Virus record (IMG/VR): IMGVR_UViG_3300001097_000003 | Span: 1-64,000 of that record | Strand: one strand, 5' to 3' | DNA length: 64,000 bases | Source of the DNA: a virus | Shown: one piece after another, positions 39,401 through 47,362 of the stretch | Layout of the letters: each line of letters opens with the position of its first letter | Position numbering within the stretch: the stretch's first letter is position 1 | Made by a program: the position numbers and the translations under genes | The notes under the pieces: model-generated | Database searches by the model: none | What the model was told of the DNA's origin: nothing | The model's input: the letters and a program-made list of their open reading frames with translations, nothing else

Positions 39401-42301
39401 ATCCATACTCCAGATTTTTATGTGGAAGATAATGGAAGAATTAGATTATATGGTGAAGCTTCTACTGATGAAAATAAATATCAAGAGTATATAACTTGGA
39501 ATTTAAAGAATAATAAATTATTAAAAAATAGAATAAATACTTTAGGTTCGTTAGAAGCTGCTTTGTCTTCATTAAATATGCCTACTACCGCATTAGAATT
39601 TATAGTAAACAATACTATTAATGTAGGATTAAATAATAATCTTATGTTAGAAGCTCAAATTAAATTTTTAACTAATGATTATGTAAGAGAAAGAGCAGCT
39701 ATTATTCCGTCATCATTATCTTCTATTAAAGATGTGGCAGATATTGTTATGGAAGCTTTAAATATAGATCAAAATCAATCAATATCTCCTAATACTCCTT
39801 TAGCTAGATATAATGCTAATAGAAATAATATGGAAGGTAAAGATGGTATTGGTCCAGTTGCATTATCTAATGTAACCCATGCTTTATTATCTACTTATGA
39901 TCAGAAGTTATTTTCTGAGGTATCTTTACCTACTATTAATGGTAAATTAGCTAATGGATTTGGAGGTATTTATACTATAGATTCTGATAGTAATAGAAAG
40001 AATGATAATATATCTACTCTATTATCAGCTATGACCGATAATGCTAAGGAACAATTAGCTAAGTTATTAACTTTAACATTTAATTCTAGAACAGCTGATG
40101 CTAATACTTTGCCAGTAGCAGCTTATATGTTGTCTGTAGGATATAGTATGGAAGAAACAGTATTGTTTATAAACCAACCTACTATCAGAGCATTTATTAC
40201 TAACGATCAAAATATATATAAAAAATTAGAAGAATTACAAACAGAACTAGAAGTACACTTAGGTGTTTCTAAAAATAAAAAAGATGCTTATAAATTAGCC
40301 TATCAAAAATTTAGTGCTCAAAACATTAAACCTTTTACTTCTGAAAATTTAATTTCTTCATTAAATGAAAATGATTTAGATATATATGATCTTCCTCATA
40401 TAAGATTAGCGGAATCAATATTTAATCAGATGCAATTACAAGCTGGTTATAATTCTAATGTATCTGCATTAATGTCTTTGAATAAAGGTGTTAAATCAAC
40501 ATTTGATGATAATTTAAGATTAGAAACTGTATTAGATTCTTTACAATTAAATTTTTTATATACATTTATTAATGATGATGTACTTACCTATGATGATTTA
40601 ATAACTAAATTATTAGAAGAAAATTATATTAGAGTTGTAGGTAATAAAATATATAAAGATATTAATATGCCTGTATTCGAAACAGATGATAATATTAATA
40701 AGACACCATTTGATGCTAGAGAAACTTTATTAAACGATCCTAATACAATACAAAATATTATAATCTATAAAAAGATTATGGATACTTCTAAGGAATTCTT
40801 CCTTATGAATACTCCTGTATTTAAAAAACTAAGAGGACTAGTTAATACTAATTCTAAAAATTTAATTCCTTATTTTATGAATAAGGCTAATGAAGCTTAC
40901 TTAGAAACTAATTTTCCTGAAAAATATCAAGAGCTTATAACTGCTAAAGATAACGCAGCTTATATGATTCATAAATCTGGAAATAATTCTATAGGTAGAG
41001 ATTTATTTAAATTAAAAAAAGATCCTGACTTTAGAAACAATCTTTTAATCAAGATGTTGTCATTAAAACAACCTAGTAGTTCAAGTAAGGTTATTAGTAT
41101 TGAATTTCCAACTAGAATAAAAGCACAAGGAGATTTCTATACAAATGTAAATAATGCTTTCAAAGAGTTATTTATGAATCCTAAAACTACTGATTTTGCT
41201 AGGAAATTATATTATTATTCTTATTATAAAGACGGATTACAATTTAAAAACAAATCGTTTATTAATACTATTCCATCATGGGTATTTAGAGATGTATCTA
41301 AATCTTTAGATAATTTAAATAATGATTTTAAAGATACAAATTATGAAAGTTATACTTCTTTAAGTAGTAATTTAACTAATAATATTATAGATATGTTAAC
41401 TTCATTAGCTGTATTAGAAAATCATCATGATAAATTACAATATATAGGAATTCATCCTGATATTAAAGCTAATTTAAAAATTACAGATAATGAAAAACAT
41501 ATTAATTATGTTATTAAATTTGATATATTAAAACAAATAGATATTACTAGTGCTGCATCATTTGAAGCATCATTAAAAGAGTTACATAAAATTACAGGCG
41601 ATAATAAATTAGTAGCTTTATCTAAGAAGGGTATACCTTATAACTTAGCAGTATATGAAGGTGCTACTAACCCAGTTACTCAAGAAACTGTTACAAGAGG
41701 TAGATTAATAGAATCTGTTAAAGCTTTTATTGGTAATGGAGAACTTAAAACATTAACATTAGAAGAACTTGTTGATTTCTATATGGATAAAGGATTCTTA
41801 CCTAAAGCAATAGAAGTTAATTATAGTAAAGTAAGAGTTATTGAAGATACAGCTTTTGATTCAACTATTACAGATGTACAGTTTATAAATTCTTATTCAA
41901 GAGTAGTTAAAAATATAGATAAAGAAAAACAAATATATAATGATAATGAACCAAAGGTAAGTATTGTACCAGATACTAATGAAAATTTGGATAATACAGA
42001 AAATGATGTAAATTATCAAAAAAATCAAACTAGTTCAGACGCTGGTATTTTAGCTTCTGAACAAACAGTTAGAGATTTAGCTGCTACAATATCTGATAGA
42101 ATAGGTTTTGATGTTGATGAACTGCCTTTTCAAAAAGTACAAAATCTTTTGGAAAATTCAGAAAATAATAGTATCTTTGATGATATATATATATCAATGC
42201 AAAAAGCAATAGATGATTCTTTTGATAAAGAAGATAAATTAAATAAACTAGATTCAGATGTAGATAATTTTACAGATGATTCTAATAACCCATTATGTTA
42301 A
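30497..42301 (+). CDS. giant multidomain protein: candidate virion-packaged RNA polymerase (double-psi beta-barrel, ADFDID) fused to a zincin-like HExxH module
   Basis: Uninterrupted 3934-codon ORF in an AT-rich genome. Domain order: Gly-rich hydrophobic N-terminal region, long acidic coiled coil, HEAFH at residue 1564, then a beta-prime-like RIPTQDKHS...(33 aa)...GADFDIDSEF segment with the first Asp at residue 2961. Confidence 0.75.
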   Translation: MSDNINDWKSKLRSGSVGTAGSVAVDYDAQTNIGSRAYQSISTSEVVDYDKLQKEEAKKEVIKLNKELKEANYTPDDIVEIKKSEDFWHQVFETTKKTIKNSPFGGLLNAVELGTSAGAAISGTDVNAASPQTRSVKEISQEYIDASNRKKLFDRVKQNGIVIQTDGSKTRLEDELPYMEDISIFDRIFNSVSINENKLGNKKFSINWTPTSFEDFAEAAKEGKTDASKAGVYQYYFTKDEDGNDVLGKARFNNVDQLRKAGNIFLNNFGPVPVKSGFSREFSAGLGNAGRGLVRSLLNIGEGAYTLANEAITKGGLNTKQDDINIKRVNKFADDYRANDDLDNYDPGKGGTAAWLGGGIGQGAASLAQFAVTGAAAKGIGALVSRSLSVAGKLDNLTTFGAGAVMNFGEAYESALNAGLSKQDASKVGMLTGAINGIIESAVGTNKLTNWLSGGGNRVLAQRVLADLGGDASETSLKRVLNTWQKQASGRINQLFNTPILGSALEEGIEEFSQTMTQKTVENLYDAFISDSKEVGKDKFGTQAISKHSIMEALEAGFFGAILGGGMGGIKHTKEQYDKYVNKKTSHDEPILKYLADGNKSQVLAMVDTLFSTGVINDNQKTFYTQKINNLAELVDKNQGKFAALDQYGPEVATKVKAQALNVINGIASLDQELEVLAKKEQTPEIIKEIKTKAAERTFYSNYLETEFLPREDGKVNAVEFTNYLNQEEVLNNKFNRFQIDNDITSTESSISNYESKAQQNQEDLDNIRAKKGKAAKEIKKELDLNKLIKSVYENKLKQLQELSQKKVDEFNEITSDTYQADLKDKADKTETEDTAPKGPTETSAPVDIQEGIEDNSDVQLDNEEKLTYIGDQLLSERDEILNELENPDLDSETKAELELLLQEIDNEVATVDNKLQIATQDYKNQVSEIVEKLDAFNDLEDVELNQAYSAIKKEIEQLIPAYRDQGLDVSELQSLHTTVTKIVLETRDKLESQANDVIAQEEFDNNAADRDNEPLVKGINFFDRVERLRFMNNHKDYWSDEEFDKIFLNTPIEEILSQLEMVYYTANDLGIVAGAVVGKWNNGTNIVNPKIVISLSYQGKNLGNLNQLDSFTVTDPSQVNLSEQGLLNTQTRNIKLIALLKEKGRLDAETLKSIGFNLSWNGDFFVDTNIGRTLIKDFPAAKLVGKSGKSFYYIYDSVNSLEITNLFSDPNNELDNIPAIPEGLKERYVVLVRANNGKLYWVGSQNQVNTDIQDTLYSYLFEQVEKLKTIEDPAQFKKLVGDINRYLENNIFVATNDPTKQNSQLQLTTPTQTSKSTQTSKFYGLRLKGSRKKVHLDNVKYSNLNDLLAGLELTGINLRTPLVNNASVETTINTLSINLKPTVLKNPSVSIKIDEDKLDSLLVNNPVEETEIVEFADAVVTEEVTTPDIINNTISDLSSFDSEFNNLSKEIKLEITNKAQPLLDQLTTASKIKKAGIAVKIRAIINEYKGPSSDPVFSIGTSEEIMDYNEAVNWINKNLPDTISIDDINKLLGDIKNNGITFGAFANSVIYLSTKAAKGTEYHEAFHAIFRLFSTDKQIQAAYNIISRTNKPTKKDLEDLRNSSSVYINYNDTQLRELFLEEKLADNFKEYSKDFNTNNPLKSIWNKIINWINFITGNMDEVQALFYNINRGKFKNALITNNKFTNNINESVFQIYKKGIDEINKTTIVTSQLEGQAVLANLTRKLLQLKINKAYPNLTDDKIIDILLAEKAAFYSLDDNAYYELFLDEKGLSDNDEYIEVMTRNLEQKRNIYTLPENIAALKKDIKSKISIFDIDTDIDNENRQKEIDDVGENFDTDPWSIGGETSFSKVLREYISLVVIKTKDEYGQDIDEAVDFSKVYRGLVRALAGIEEDKVLPRFKALAEFDEDINAVFNQLILDLGLTNDSLLDGQNITKNYDLWRKFVTAFNNENVSWYTILQSNEQSRLLETNNNSAKDIQFNSWLQNYNISFEDGKFDEDVKKSINAAADAVNRSENAIVNSLAEAKKLSSEIREHFKKLSIILSDGYITYSLLKKSPYLGLDQEAKDLINAFSGVEGLYDGGNIPFIVTEFKSEYNPFITTKDDKNKERGAVSRLKNIAQQNALFDPTIGESSFQNADGKSVYSIIRPSFGLVKLRWLRNTITRNKLLRDEKNKKDDFIDPLENVVLNHLLGHENLDIIMSNLTPSMIDGYRITSIEGDIGQTEEGEGITFGKFNSQEYLLADMLMFLSNRKVLSTIDEQTGKTIKLGESAMINIDQMEASNTGYAVFLPVEEYNDVNDNVTDILFNYLAQEVIRINKVKKQFGKEGTTIWNGYNDKLGARGFKLMEFAGYDLDGYIDDITSKDNVITPEDVYSELLYEKDKIVQLIKIKLEKDIQDYTDILNANNVLSLLPNVELLKRNYLTEGKSEMTPAQISKLVNNQYLNAYINTLGINNLLLDNYSKKVKNTVDWFKRAKGIIGSGADMGTGTTRVGVYKEPLKYIDVKNLSELERDKLIEEERLRLEDGSLNDKAKAKSLNTFIKQIDKGKIQIADAQSYVTLDHKILQLQRWGRFPKQVSDIYDKLKLGEEITWDEKNTLEDNNAALNSTKTVSYNGDFYFKLSEIALSPRLVGKTDESENVILDDQGRPAEAKEGFEYLFNKYISMLDQGVDQALPESASKMATISPAEYAQDGKFDFTGSVMELENKFKRLQVETPSGKRSIIHGTQLIQLVHSEQSDNLEIDFKYNSDIKTVGQLRELYRGLLADNRLEGFKTALAYMRDPISGEVNSKELTKKFYQTITESGSDEVLSNFFSPDPITGERQFNWNLGPIVNKAEQLFLSHFSKGVLSQKVPGLKVSLVSDAGILVKDAKTGKMRSLAHMQLDDDGNYYSECLLPPFAEELLGKNPSDADVQKVLKMFGVRIPTQDKHSMISLKVVGFLPMEYGSVGIFPKEIVYLSGADFDIDSEFIHTPDFYVEDNGRIRLYGEASTDENKYQEYITWNLKNNKLLKNRINTLGSLEAALSSLNMPTTALEFIVNNTINVGLNNNLMLEAQIKFLTNDYVRERAAIIPSSLSSIKDVADIVMEALNIDQNQSISPNTPLARYNANRNNMEGKDGIGPVALSNVTHALLSTYDQKLFSEVSLPTINGKLANGFGGIYTIDSDSNRKNDNISTLLSAMTDNAKEQLAKLLTLTFNSRTADANTLPVAAYMLSVGYSMEETVLFINQPTIRAFITNDQNIYKKLEELQTELEVHLGVSKNKKDAYKLAYQKFSAQNIKPFTSENLISSLNENDLDIYDLPHIRLAESIFNQMQLQAGYNSNVSALMSLNKGVKSTFDDNLRLETVLDSLQLNFLYTFINDDVLTYDDLITKLLEENYIRVVGNKIYKDINMPVFETDDNINKTPFDARETLLNDPNTIQNIIIYKKIMDTSKEFFLMNTPVFKKLRGLVNTNSKNLIPYFMNKANEAYLETNFPEKYQELITAKDNAAYMIHKSGNNSIGRDLFKLKKDPDFRNNLLIKMLSLKQPSSSSKVISIEFPTRIKAQGDFYTNVNNAFKELFMNPKTTDFARKLYYYSYYKDGLQFKNKSFINTIPSWVFRDVSKSLDNLNNDFKDTNYESYTSLSSNLTNNIIDMLTSLAVLENHHDKLQYIGIHPDIKANLKITDNEKHINYVIKFDILKQIDITSAASFEASLKELHKITGDNKLVALSKKGIPYNLAVYEGATNPVTQETVTRGRLIESVKAFIGNGELKTLTLEELVDFYMDKGFLPKAIEVNYSKVRVIEDTAFDSTITDVQFINSYSRVVKNIDKEKQIYNDNEPKVSIVPDTNENLDNTENDVNYQKNQTSSDAGILASEQTVRDLAATISDRIGFDVDELPFQKVQNLLENSENNSIFDDIYISMQKAIDDSFDKEDKLNKLDSDVDNFTDDSNNPLC
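34428..34463 (+). repeat. perfect 18-nt tandem duplication inside the giant ORF
   Basis: CTACACAAACAAGTAAAT occurs twice in tandem (34428-34445 and 34446-34463), encoding STQTSK twice. Confidence 0.9.
35186..35200 (+). other. HExxH (HEAFH) zincin-like metal-binding motif in the giant ORF
   Basis: In-frame CAT GAG GCT TTC CAC, in the context AAKGTEYHEAFHAIFRLF. Confidence 0.5.
39248..39391 (+). other. RNAP beta-prime-like double-psi beta-barrel catalytic segment
   Basis: MFGVRIPTQDKHSMISLKVVGFLPMEYGSVGIFPKEIVYLSGADFDID, compared with bacterial beta-prime NRAPTLHRLGIQAFEP...NADFDGD. The DFDID codons are at 39377-39391. Confidence 0.7.
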
Positions 42302-42302
42302 T

Positions 42303-45300
42303 ATGGCAAGTAATAGTTGTAGTATAATTCCAGTAGTAAGTAATAGTGAAGGTATATCTGTAGACAGCATATTGTTTACAGATTTGTTGTCTTATACAAA
42401 TAATAATAGAACAGAAGCTAAGAGAATTTATTTAGCTTCTAAATCTGTTGATCCTAATGATTATGAATTAGATGATAATAGTGAATTGAATGTTAAAGAT
42501 GCTGTTAAGGTATTTAATAATGTATTAAATCCAGATCCTGTAAGAGACTTCATTACCAAAAATAAAATAAAAACTCATGGAAGGGATCTTTTTAAATCAT
42601 ACGCAGAATTAAGAAAGTTACGTGCTCAATTTCCTGATTATACTTTTACTGTTATACAAAATAGTGGTGGATATAGTATTGATTATTATAAAAATATTTT
42701 TAATAATATAAATAAAGAAACAGTAGAAAATAATTTAACCGAGCTTTCTAGATTTAATAATTTAAATGCTAAAGAAGTATTAGAAATTCTTTTGAATGAA
42801 AATAATAATAAATCTACTAGTAAAGTTATTAAATTATTATTAGATAATGTAGATAAGATTAATTTTGTTAAATTTGATGTTAATAGATTAAACGAAAATG
42901 TATTAGGTAATTATAATTCAGCTACTGGTAATATCACACTAAATAAGCGTTTAGAATATGTAGATAAAAAGAAATGGCATGAAACTATATTACATGAATT
43001 AATCCACGCATATACAGTTAACGCGTTAGGTGCACCTAAGTCGGAAGCTGAGATAAACTTTGATAATCAGATTACTAAATTATATGAGTCTGTTAAGAAT
43101 TCGAGTATGACCAATGATTATGGACTTACTAACAAATTTGAATTTGTAACTGAAATATTAACTAACCCTGAATTTATTAATGAACTAGGTATTAAAAAAC
43201 CAACATTATTAAATAAATTAATTGATGCTTTTAGACAATTATTAGGATTATCTCCATTGGTTGAAAAAGTAGATATAACAACTGTTCAAAAATACTTATT
43301 TGATTTTATTAACATAAGTACTCCTGAGTTAGTAAATTTTGATAATGTAGATTTTAATAGTAAAATAAGTAAAAAGACTGTAATAGGAGAAATAGATAGT
43401 TATTTAAAACAAGCTAATAAAGATAGAAATTACGTATCAGAACTTGAGAAAGCTATTCTAACTATACATAAGCGTATAAAATATGCAGTTGGTAAAACTA
43501 ATTTAGAAATTAAAAAAATACAACAGAACATTAGATCTATTGAACGTGATTATAATAAATTAGCAAGAGAACTTGTAGATGATTATATTGCTTCAAGAGG
43601 TGGTGTATATGACAAAGGATATGAAAAAAGTAAAGTTTGGAAAGATTTAATAAATGATTTAGAAAATACTTTAAAACCTTTACAAGATGAAATAGAAGAT
43701 TTAGAAAATTACAACATAATGTTAAATCAAGATCTTGTAGATATAAATGATACATCTGATTTAAGATTATTTGAAATAGAGTATGCTAACGCAGCTTTAC
43801 AACAAATGAATGAAATTGAAAATAAAGATTACGATCTTAATAATCCTTCTGATATAGAAGATTTATCTAATGATTATAATTTTTTACATCTATTCTCTAA
43901 GTTTAATGGTATGTATCATGTAAAAGGGAAATCAGATATATTAATTAATAAGTTAATTAATCAGTTTATATCTCCTTTTATTAGTCAAACAGCAACAAAT
44001 AATCTTAATTTATCAGGATTAGATGAAAAAACTCTAGATATATCTGACCTACTTAAAAATAATCCAGATGTATCTATTTTAGAAAAATATTTTAGAGGAT
44101 TAGGAGACTATCCAAGATTAGAATCACAATTAATCCATTCTTTAACTGTAGAAGGTTCTAAGAAGGCTAGATCAGACTCTGAGAAAACAGGTGAAGAAAT
44201 ATTAGAACATAAAAGAAAGTTGATTAAATGGGCTAAAAAAAATAAATTAGCTAATATGTTTGGTATAGTAGATTTAACTAAAGTTTATAATTTATTATCT
44301 GATGTAAATCATTTAGATAGATTAGATTTAGTTAAGTCTTATAATAATGAGTATTATAATACTGTTAATAAATATATTAAACAAAGATATTCAAGTACAG
44401 CAACACCCGCAGAAATAGGAAATGCTAAGTCTTGGCTTAAAAAGAATTATTATACACCCACTAAAGATAGTAAATATAATAATCCTAAGTTTGAGTATAT
44501 AAAATCTGTTGGTAATGAAGAATTATATGATTTTTATAAATATTTTCAAGAAAAAGTAGCTGAAACATATGATAAATTACCCGAATTTGTTGGATTAAAA
44601 AATAAAGAAAAAATACCTACTTTAATTAAAGATGTAGTATTTCAATGGTATGGATTAAGTCCTTTAAATATTATGAAATCTATTAAATTAGGAGTAAAAA
44701 CTATGTTATTTGGTTCAGGAAGTCCTGTATTTTATAATGAAGATGGAGAACTAGAAAATAATTTTACTATTAAAGAACTTACTCAAGATCAAGTTAGATT
44801 AAAAATGATTGGTGAGATTGAAGCTAATAAAAAATCTAATGATCTAGGTGAAGTTTTATTTCAATTCTATTCCTTTGGTAATGAGTATGAACAAATGACT
44901 AAGGTATTACCTATAGCTAGACTTGTTCAAAATATTATTGCTAAAAAGAATTATGGAGAAAAAGGTATATCAGGAGAACAATCTCGAATAAATGCTGCAT
45001 TTGAATTATATATAGATAAAACCATTACTAAAACAGATACACAAGATCAAATAGAATTTAAATTACTTACTACTAAAATATATGATAATGATGGAAAAGA
45101 AGTAGGTGAAAATAAATTTTATTGGTCTACTCTAGTACAACATTTATTAACTTATACTCGTGTATTACAATTAGGATTTAATGTTTTATCAGCAATAGGT
45201 AACTTAGCAGCAGGTATAACATCCAATATAACAGAAGCTTTTGGTGGAAGATATTATGGTAAACGACAATATTTAACAGGACTAGGTATATATTTAGGAG

Positions 45301-46502
45301 ATGCTTTTAGTCAACGAACTAAATGGTTACAACCAGACGTTAATATGACTAAGGTTGAATTATTATCTAATCTTATACAACCATTAGATGAAATTGCCGA
45401 GTATGATATTAAAAAAGAGGTTAAAGTAAAAAGCAGTAACATAGCTGTTAAAGGATTTAATTATATATATGATCAAACATTTATATTACAACAATTAGGT
45501 GAAGATACTATTCATAAATCATCTATGGTTGCTTATTTAATTTCTCAAAAGATAACAGGTACGGATGGTAAACAACATAGTTTGTGGAGCTTGTTTTCTG
45601 TAGAAAATGATAGATTGGTATTTAATTCAGCATTGACTGGTACTACAGATGTAAATAATTTTATTAAAAATCATAAAAATACTATCATAAATATTAACTC
45701 TAAAAATCAAGGAGATTATTCTAAAGATAATTCATCTGTACACAGTAATGAAATTACATATAAAGTAGCTATATTATTTAGAAAATGGTTACCAGCTATG
45801 ATCGCCGATAGATTCGAAGGTAAAAGATATAATTATAAAACAGGAAATTATGATGAAGGATTTTTTATAACTGGTAATAGAGTAATATCTAAAACTTTTA
45901 CAAATAGTTATTTAGGTGTTATGAGTTTGATTACACAAAATCAAAATATGTTACTTAATAAAAAAGATATAACTAAAGATGAGATGATAGCTGCTAGAAA
46001 AATAATAGGAGATTTAATTCAAATCATAACTTTTACTTTTTTACCATTATTAATTATGCCTCCTCCAGAAGACGATGATGATTATGCTTGGTGGTTACCT
46101 AATGCTTTACAGGATTGGTTTTATAATATTATTAATTTAGGAATATATAAAAATAAATCTTCGTTTAATAAGAGTAAATCACCATTAACTATGTTTGTTA
46201 AATATATGTCAGATCATTCTAATAGAATAGCTACAGATAGATTACAATTTTATAATGTATTTAAATATCCAGATATTATATCTAGGATGGCTTTAATACA
46301 GACATTAAATGAATTAGGTCAAGCTTTTTATTCTTTAGGTGAAGTAGCTTTTGGATCAGAAAAGAATAAAGTCATTACTAAAGGAATTAATAAAGGAAAT
46401 CCTAAAGTTCTTAAAGAAGTTAGAGATATAGTTCCTTATTGGAAACAATATGATAAAGTATATAAACAAACTAAGAAGAAAGCAGAAGATCTTCAAAAAT
46501 AA
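42303..46502 (+). CDS. giant HExxH-motif protein with C-terminal transmembrane helices (ejected cargo candidate)
   Basis: About 1399 aa if translation starts at ATG 42303 (MASNSCS...). The track ORF starts at 42276, inside the preceding gene. HELIH lies at 42993-43007 (WHETILHELIHAYTVNALG). Hydrophobic helices include LQLGFNVLSAIGNLAAGITSNI and IQIITFTFLPLLIMPPP. Confidence 0.65.
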   Translation: MASNSCSIIPVVSNSEGISVDSILFTDLLSYTNNNRTEAKRIYLASKSVDPNDYELDDNSELNVKDAVKVFNNVLNPDPVRDFITKNKIKTHGRDLFKSYAELRKLRAQFPDYTFTVIQNSGGYSIDYYKNIFNNINKETVENNLTELSRFNNLNAKEVLEILLNENNNKSTSKVIKLLLDNVDKINFVKFDVNRLNENVLGNYNSATGNITLNKRLEYVDKKKWHETILHELIHAYTVNALGAPKSEAEINFDNQITKLYESVKNSSMTNDYGLTNKFEFVTEILTNPEFINELGIKKPTLLNKLIDAFRQLLGLSPLVEKVDITTVQKYLFDFINISTPELVNFDNVDFNSKISKKTVIGEIDSYLKQANKDRNYVSELEKAILTIHKRIKYAVGKTNLEIKKIQQNIRSIERDYNKLARELVDDYIASRGGVYDKGYEKSKVWKDLINDLENTLKPLQDEIEDLENYNIMLNQDLVDINDTSDLRLFEIEYANAALQQMNEIENKDYDLNNPSDIEDLSNDYNFLHLFSKFNGMYHVKGKSDILINKLINQFISPFISQTATNNLNLSGLDEKTLDISDLLKNNPDVSILEKYFRGLGDYPRLESQLIHSLTVEGSKKARSDSEKTGEEILEHKRKLIKWAKKNKLANMFGIVDLTKVYNLLSDVNHLDRLDLVKSYNNEYYNTVNKYIKQRYSSTATPAEIGNAKSWLKKNYYTPTKDSKYNNPKFEYIKSVGNEELYDFYKYFQEKVAETYDKLPEFVGLKNKEKIPTLIKDVVFQWYGLSPLNIMKSIKLGVKTMLFGSGSPVFYNEDGELENNFTIKELTQDQVRLKMIGEIEANKKSNDLGEVLFQFYSFGNEYEQMTKVLPIARLVQNIIAKKNYGEKGISGEQSRINAAFELYIDKTITKTDTQDQIEFKLLTTKIYDNDGKEVGENKFYWSTLVQHLLTYTRVLQLGFNVLSAIGNLAAGITSNITEAFGGRYYGKRQYLTGLGIYLGDAFSQRTKWLQPDVNMTKVELLSNLIQPLDEIAEYDIKKEVKVKSSNIAVKGFNYIYDQTFILQQLGEDTIHKSSMVAYLISQKITGTDGKQHSLWSLFSVENDRLVFNSALTGTTDVNNFIKNHKNTIININSKNQGDYSKDNSSVHSNEITYKVAILFRKWLPAMIADRFEGKRYNYKTGNYDEGFFITGNRVISKTFTNSYLGVMSLITQNQNMLLNKKDITKDEMIAARKIIGDLIQIITFTFLPLLIMPPPEDDDDYAWWLPNALQDWFYNIINLGIYKNKSSFNKSKSPLTMFVKYMSDHSNRIATDRLQFYNVFKYPDIISRMALIQTLNELGQAFYSLGEVAFGSEKNKVITKGINKGNPKVLKEVRDIVPYWKQYDKVYKQTKKKAEDLQK

Positions 46503-46521
46503 AAACTCCAGAAGGGAAATT

Positions 46522-46548
46522 AAAGAGATAGCTATTAACTATCTCTTT
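46522..46548. terminator. hairpin terminator at the convergence point of the two gene arms
   Basis: AAAGAGATAG-CTATTAA-CTATCTCTTT, a 10-bp stem, with its 3' arm running into a T-run that ends at 46550 on the plus strand. It lies between the stops of the plus-strand 46502 gene and the minus-strand 46553 gene. Confidence 0.7.
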
Positions 46549-46552
46549 TTTA

Positions 46553-47362
46553 TTATAGTTTAGATTTTACTAATTTTTCTAAATCTCGATCTCCTATAAG
46601 ATATGATATTCTATTACCAAATACTACAATACGATAATTATTAGTTGATATTTTTAATATTTCATTAATAGATAAACAAGGTTTATTCATTACTATATAT
46701 TCTTCTGCTTTTTCTTTACTAAAAAATGTTAAAGTATCATCATCGGGTGTTCCTGTAAATTTACGATTAGACATTCTATCTAATAAATAATTATTATCTT
46801 TTTTTATAAAATAATATAAATCTCCTTCAAATATATCTACACCATCTTCTGTTGTAAATAATGGTTGTTTAAAATGTTCAATATCATTTATATATTGAGT
46901 ATAATATCTAGCATAAACTGATAATCCTCTATCTTTTATTGAAAAGTTTTTTATTTTATCAGAAGGTTCGTTACGTCCTTTAATAACACAATCATCACCA
47001 ATAGTAAATATTTCTCCATCAGATAATCTTTTTATTGAGTGGATTGTAATTACAAGATTGTTTAATAATTCTTTTTCATTAAAAAAAGGTACTTTACCAT
47101 TATTTTCACAATACTGATTTATTTGTGAATCTTTTTTATAAATAATACCTCTAGTATTTATAAAAGATAATATTTCATATTCTTTTTCTATAATTTCTTC
47201 CCAAAAATCTGGATACATAGTATAATTAATAGGAAAAGTAATATACCAAAAATCTTCAGGATTATGAGATTTAACTGATGTCATATTACCTTCTAACCAA
47301 CTAATAGTTCCTAATTTATGAGAACCCGGATACTCACGAATAAGTTTATATTTTTTTGTCAT
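46553..47362 (-). CDS. hypothetical protein
   Basis: 269-aa ORF, the last gene of the minus-strand arm. No motif recognised. Confidence 0.5.
   Translation of the reverse strand: MTKKYKLIREYPGSHKLGTISWLEGNMTSVKSHNPEDFWYITFPINYTMYPDFWEEIIEKEYEILSFINTRGIIYKKDSQINQYCENNGKVPFFNEKELLNNLVITIHSIKRLSDGEIFTIGDDCVIKGRNEPSDKIKNFSIKDRGLSVYARYYTQYINDIEHFKQPLFTTEDGVDIFEGDLYYFIKKDNNYLLDRMSNRKFTGTPDDDTLTFFSKEKAEEYIVMNKPCLSINEILKISTNNYRIVVFGNRISYLIGDRDLEKLVKSKL

Noticed and set aside
42276-42302. Upstream extension (MILITHYVN) of the 1408-aa ORF, overlapping the end of the giant ORF.
   Set aside because: The ATG at 42303 lies 2 nt past the giant ORF stop and gives a tidy junction. The 9-codon extension is most likely not translated. 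Either start remains possible.
43537-43755. Minus-strand ORF inside the 1408-aa gene.
   Set aside because: It is a nested antisense ORF.
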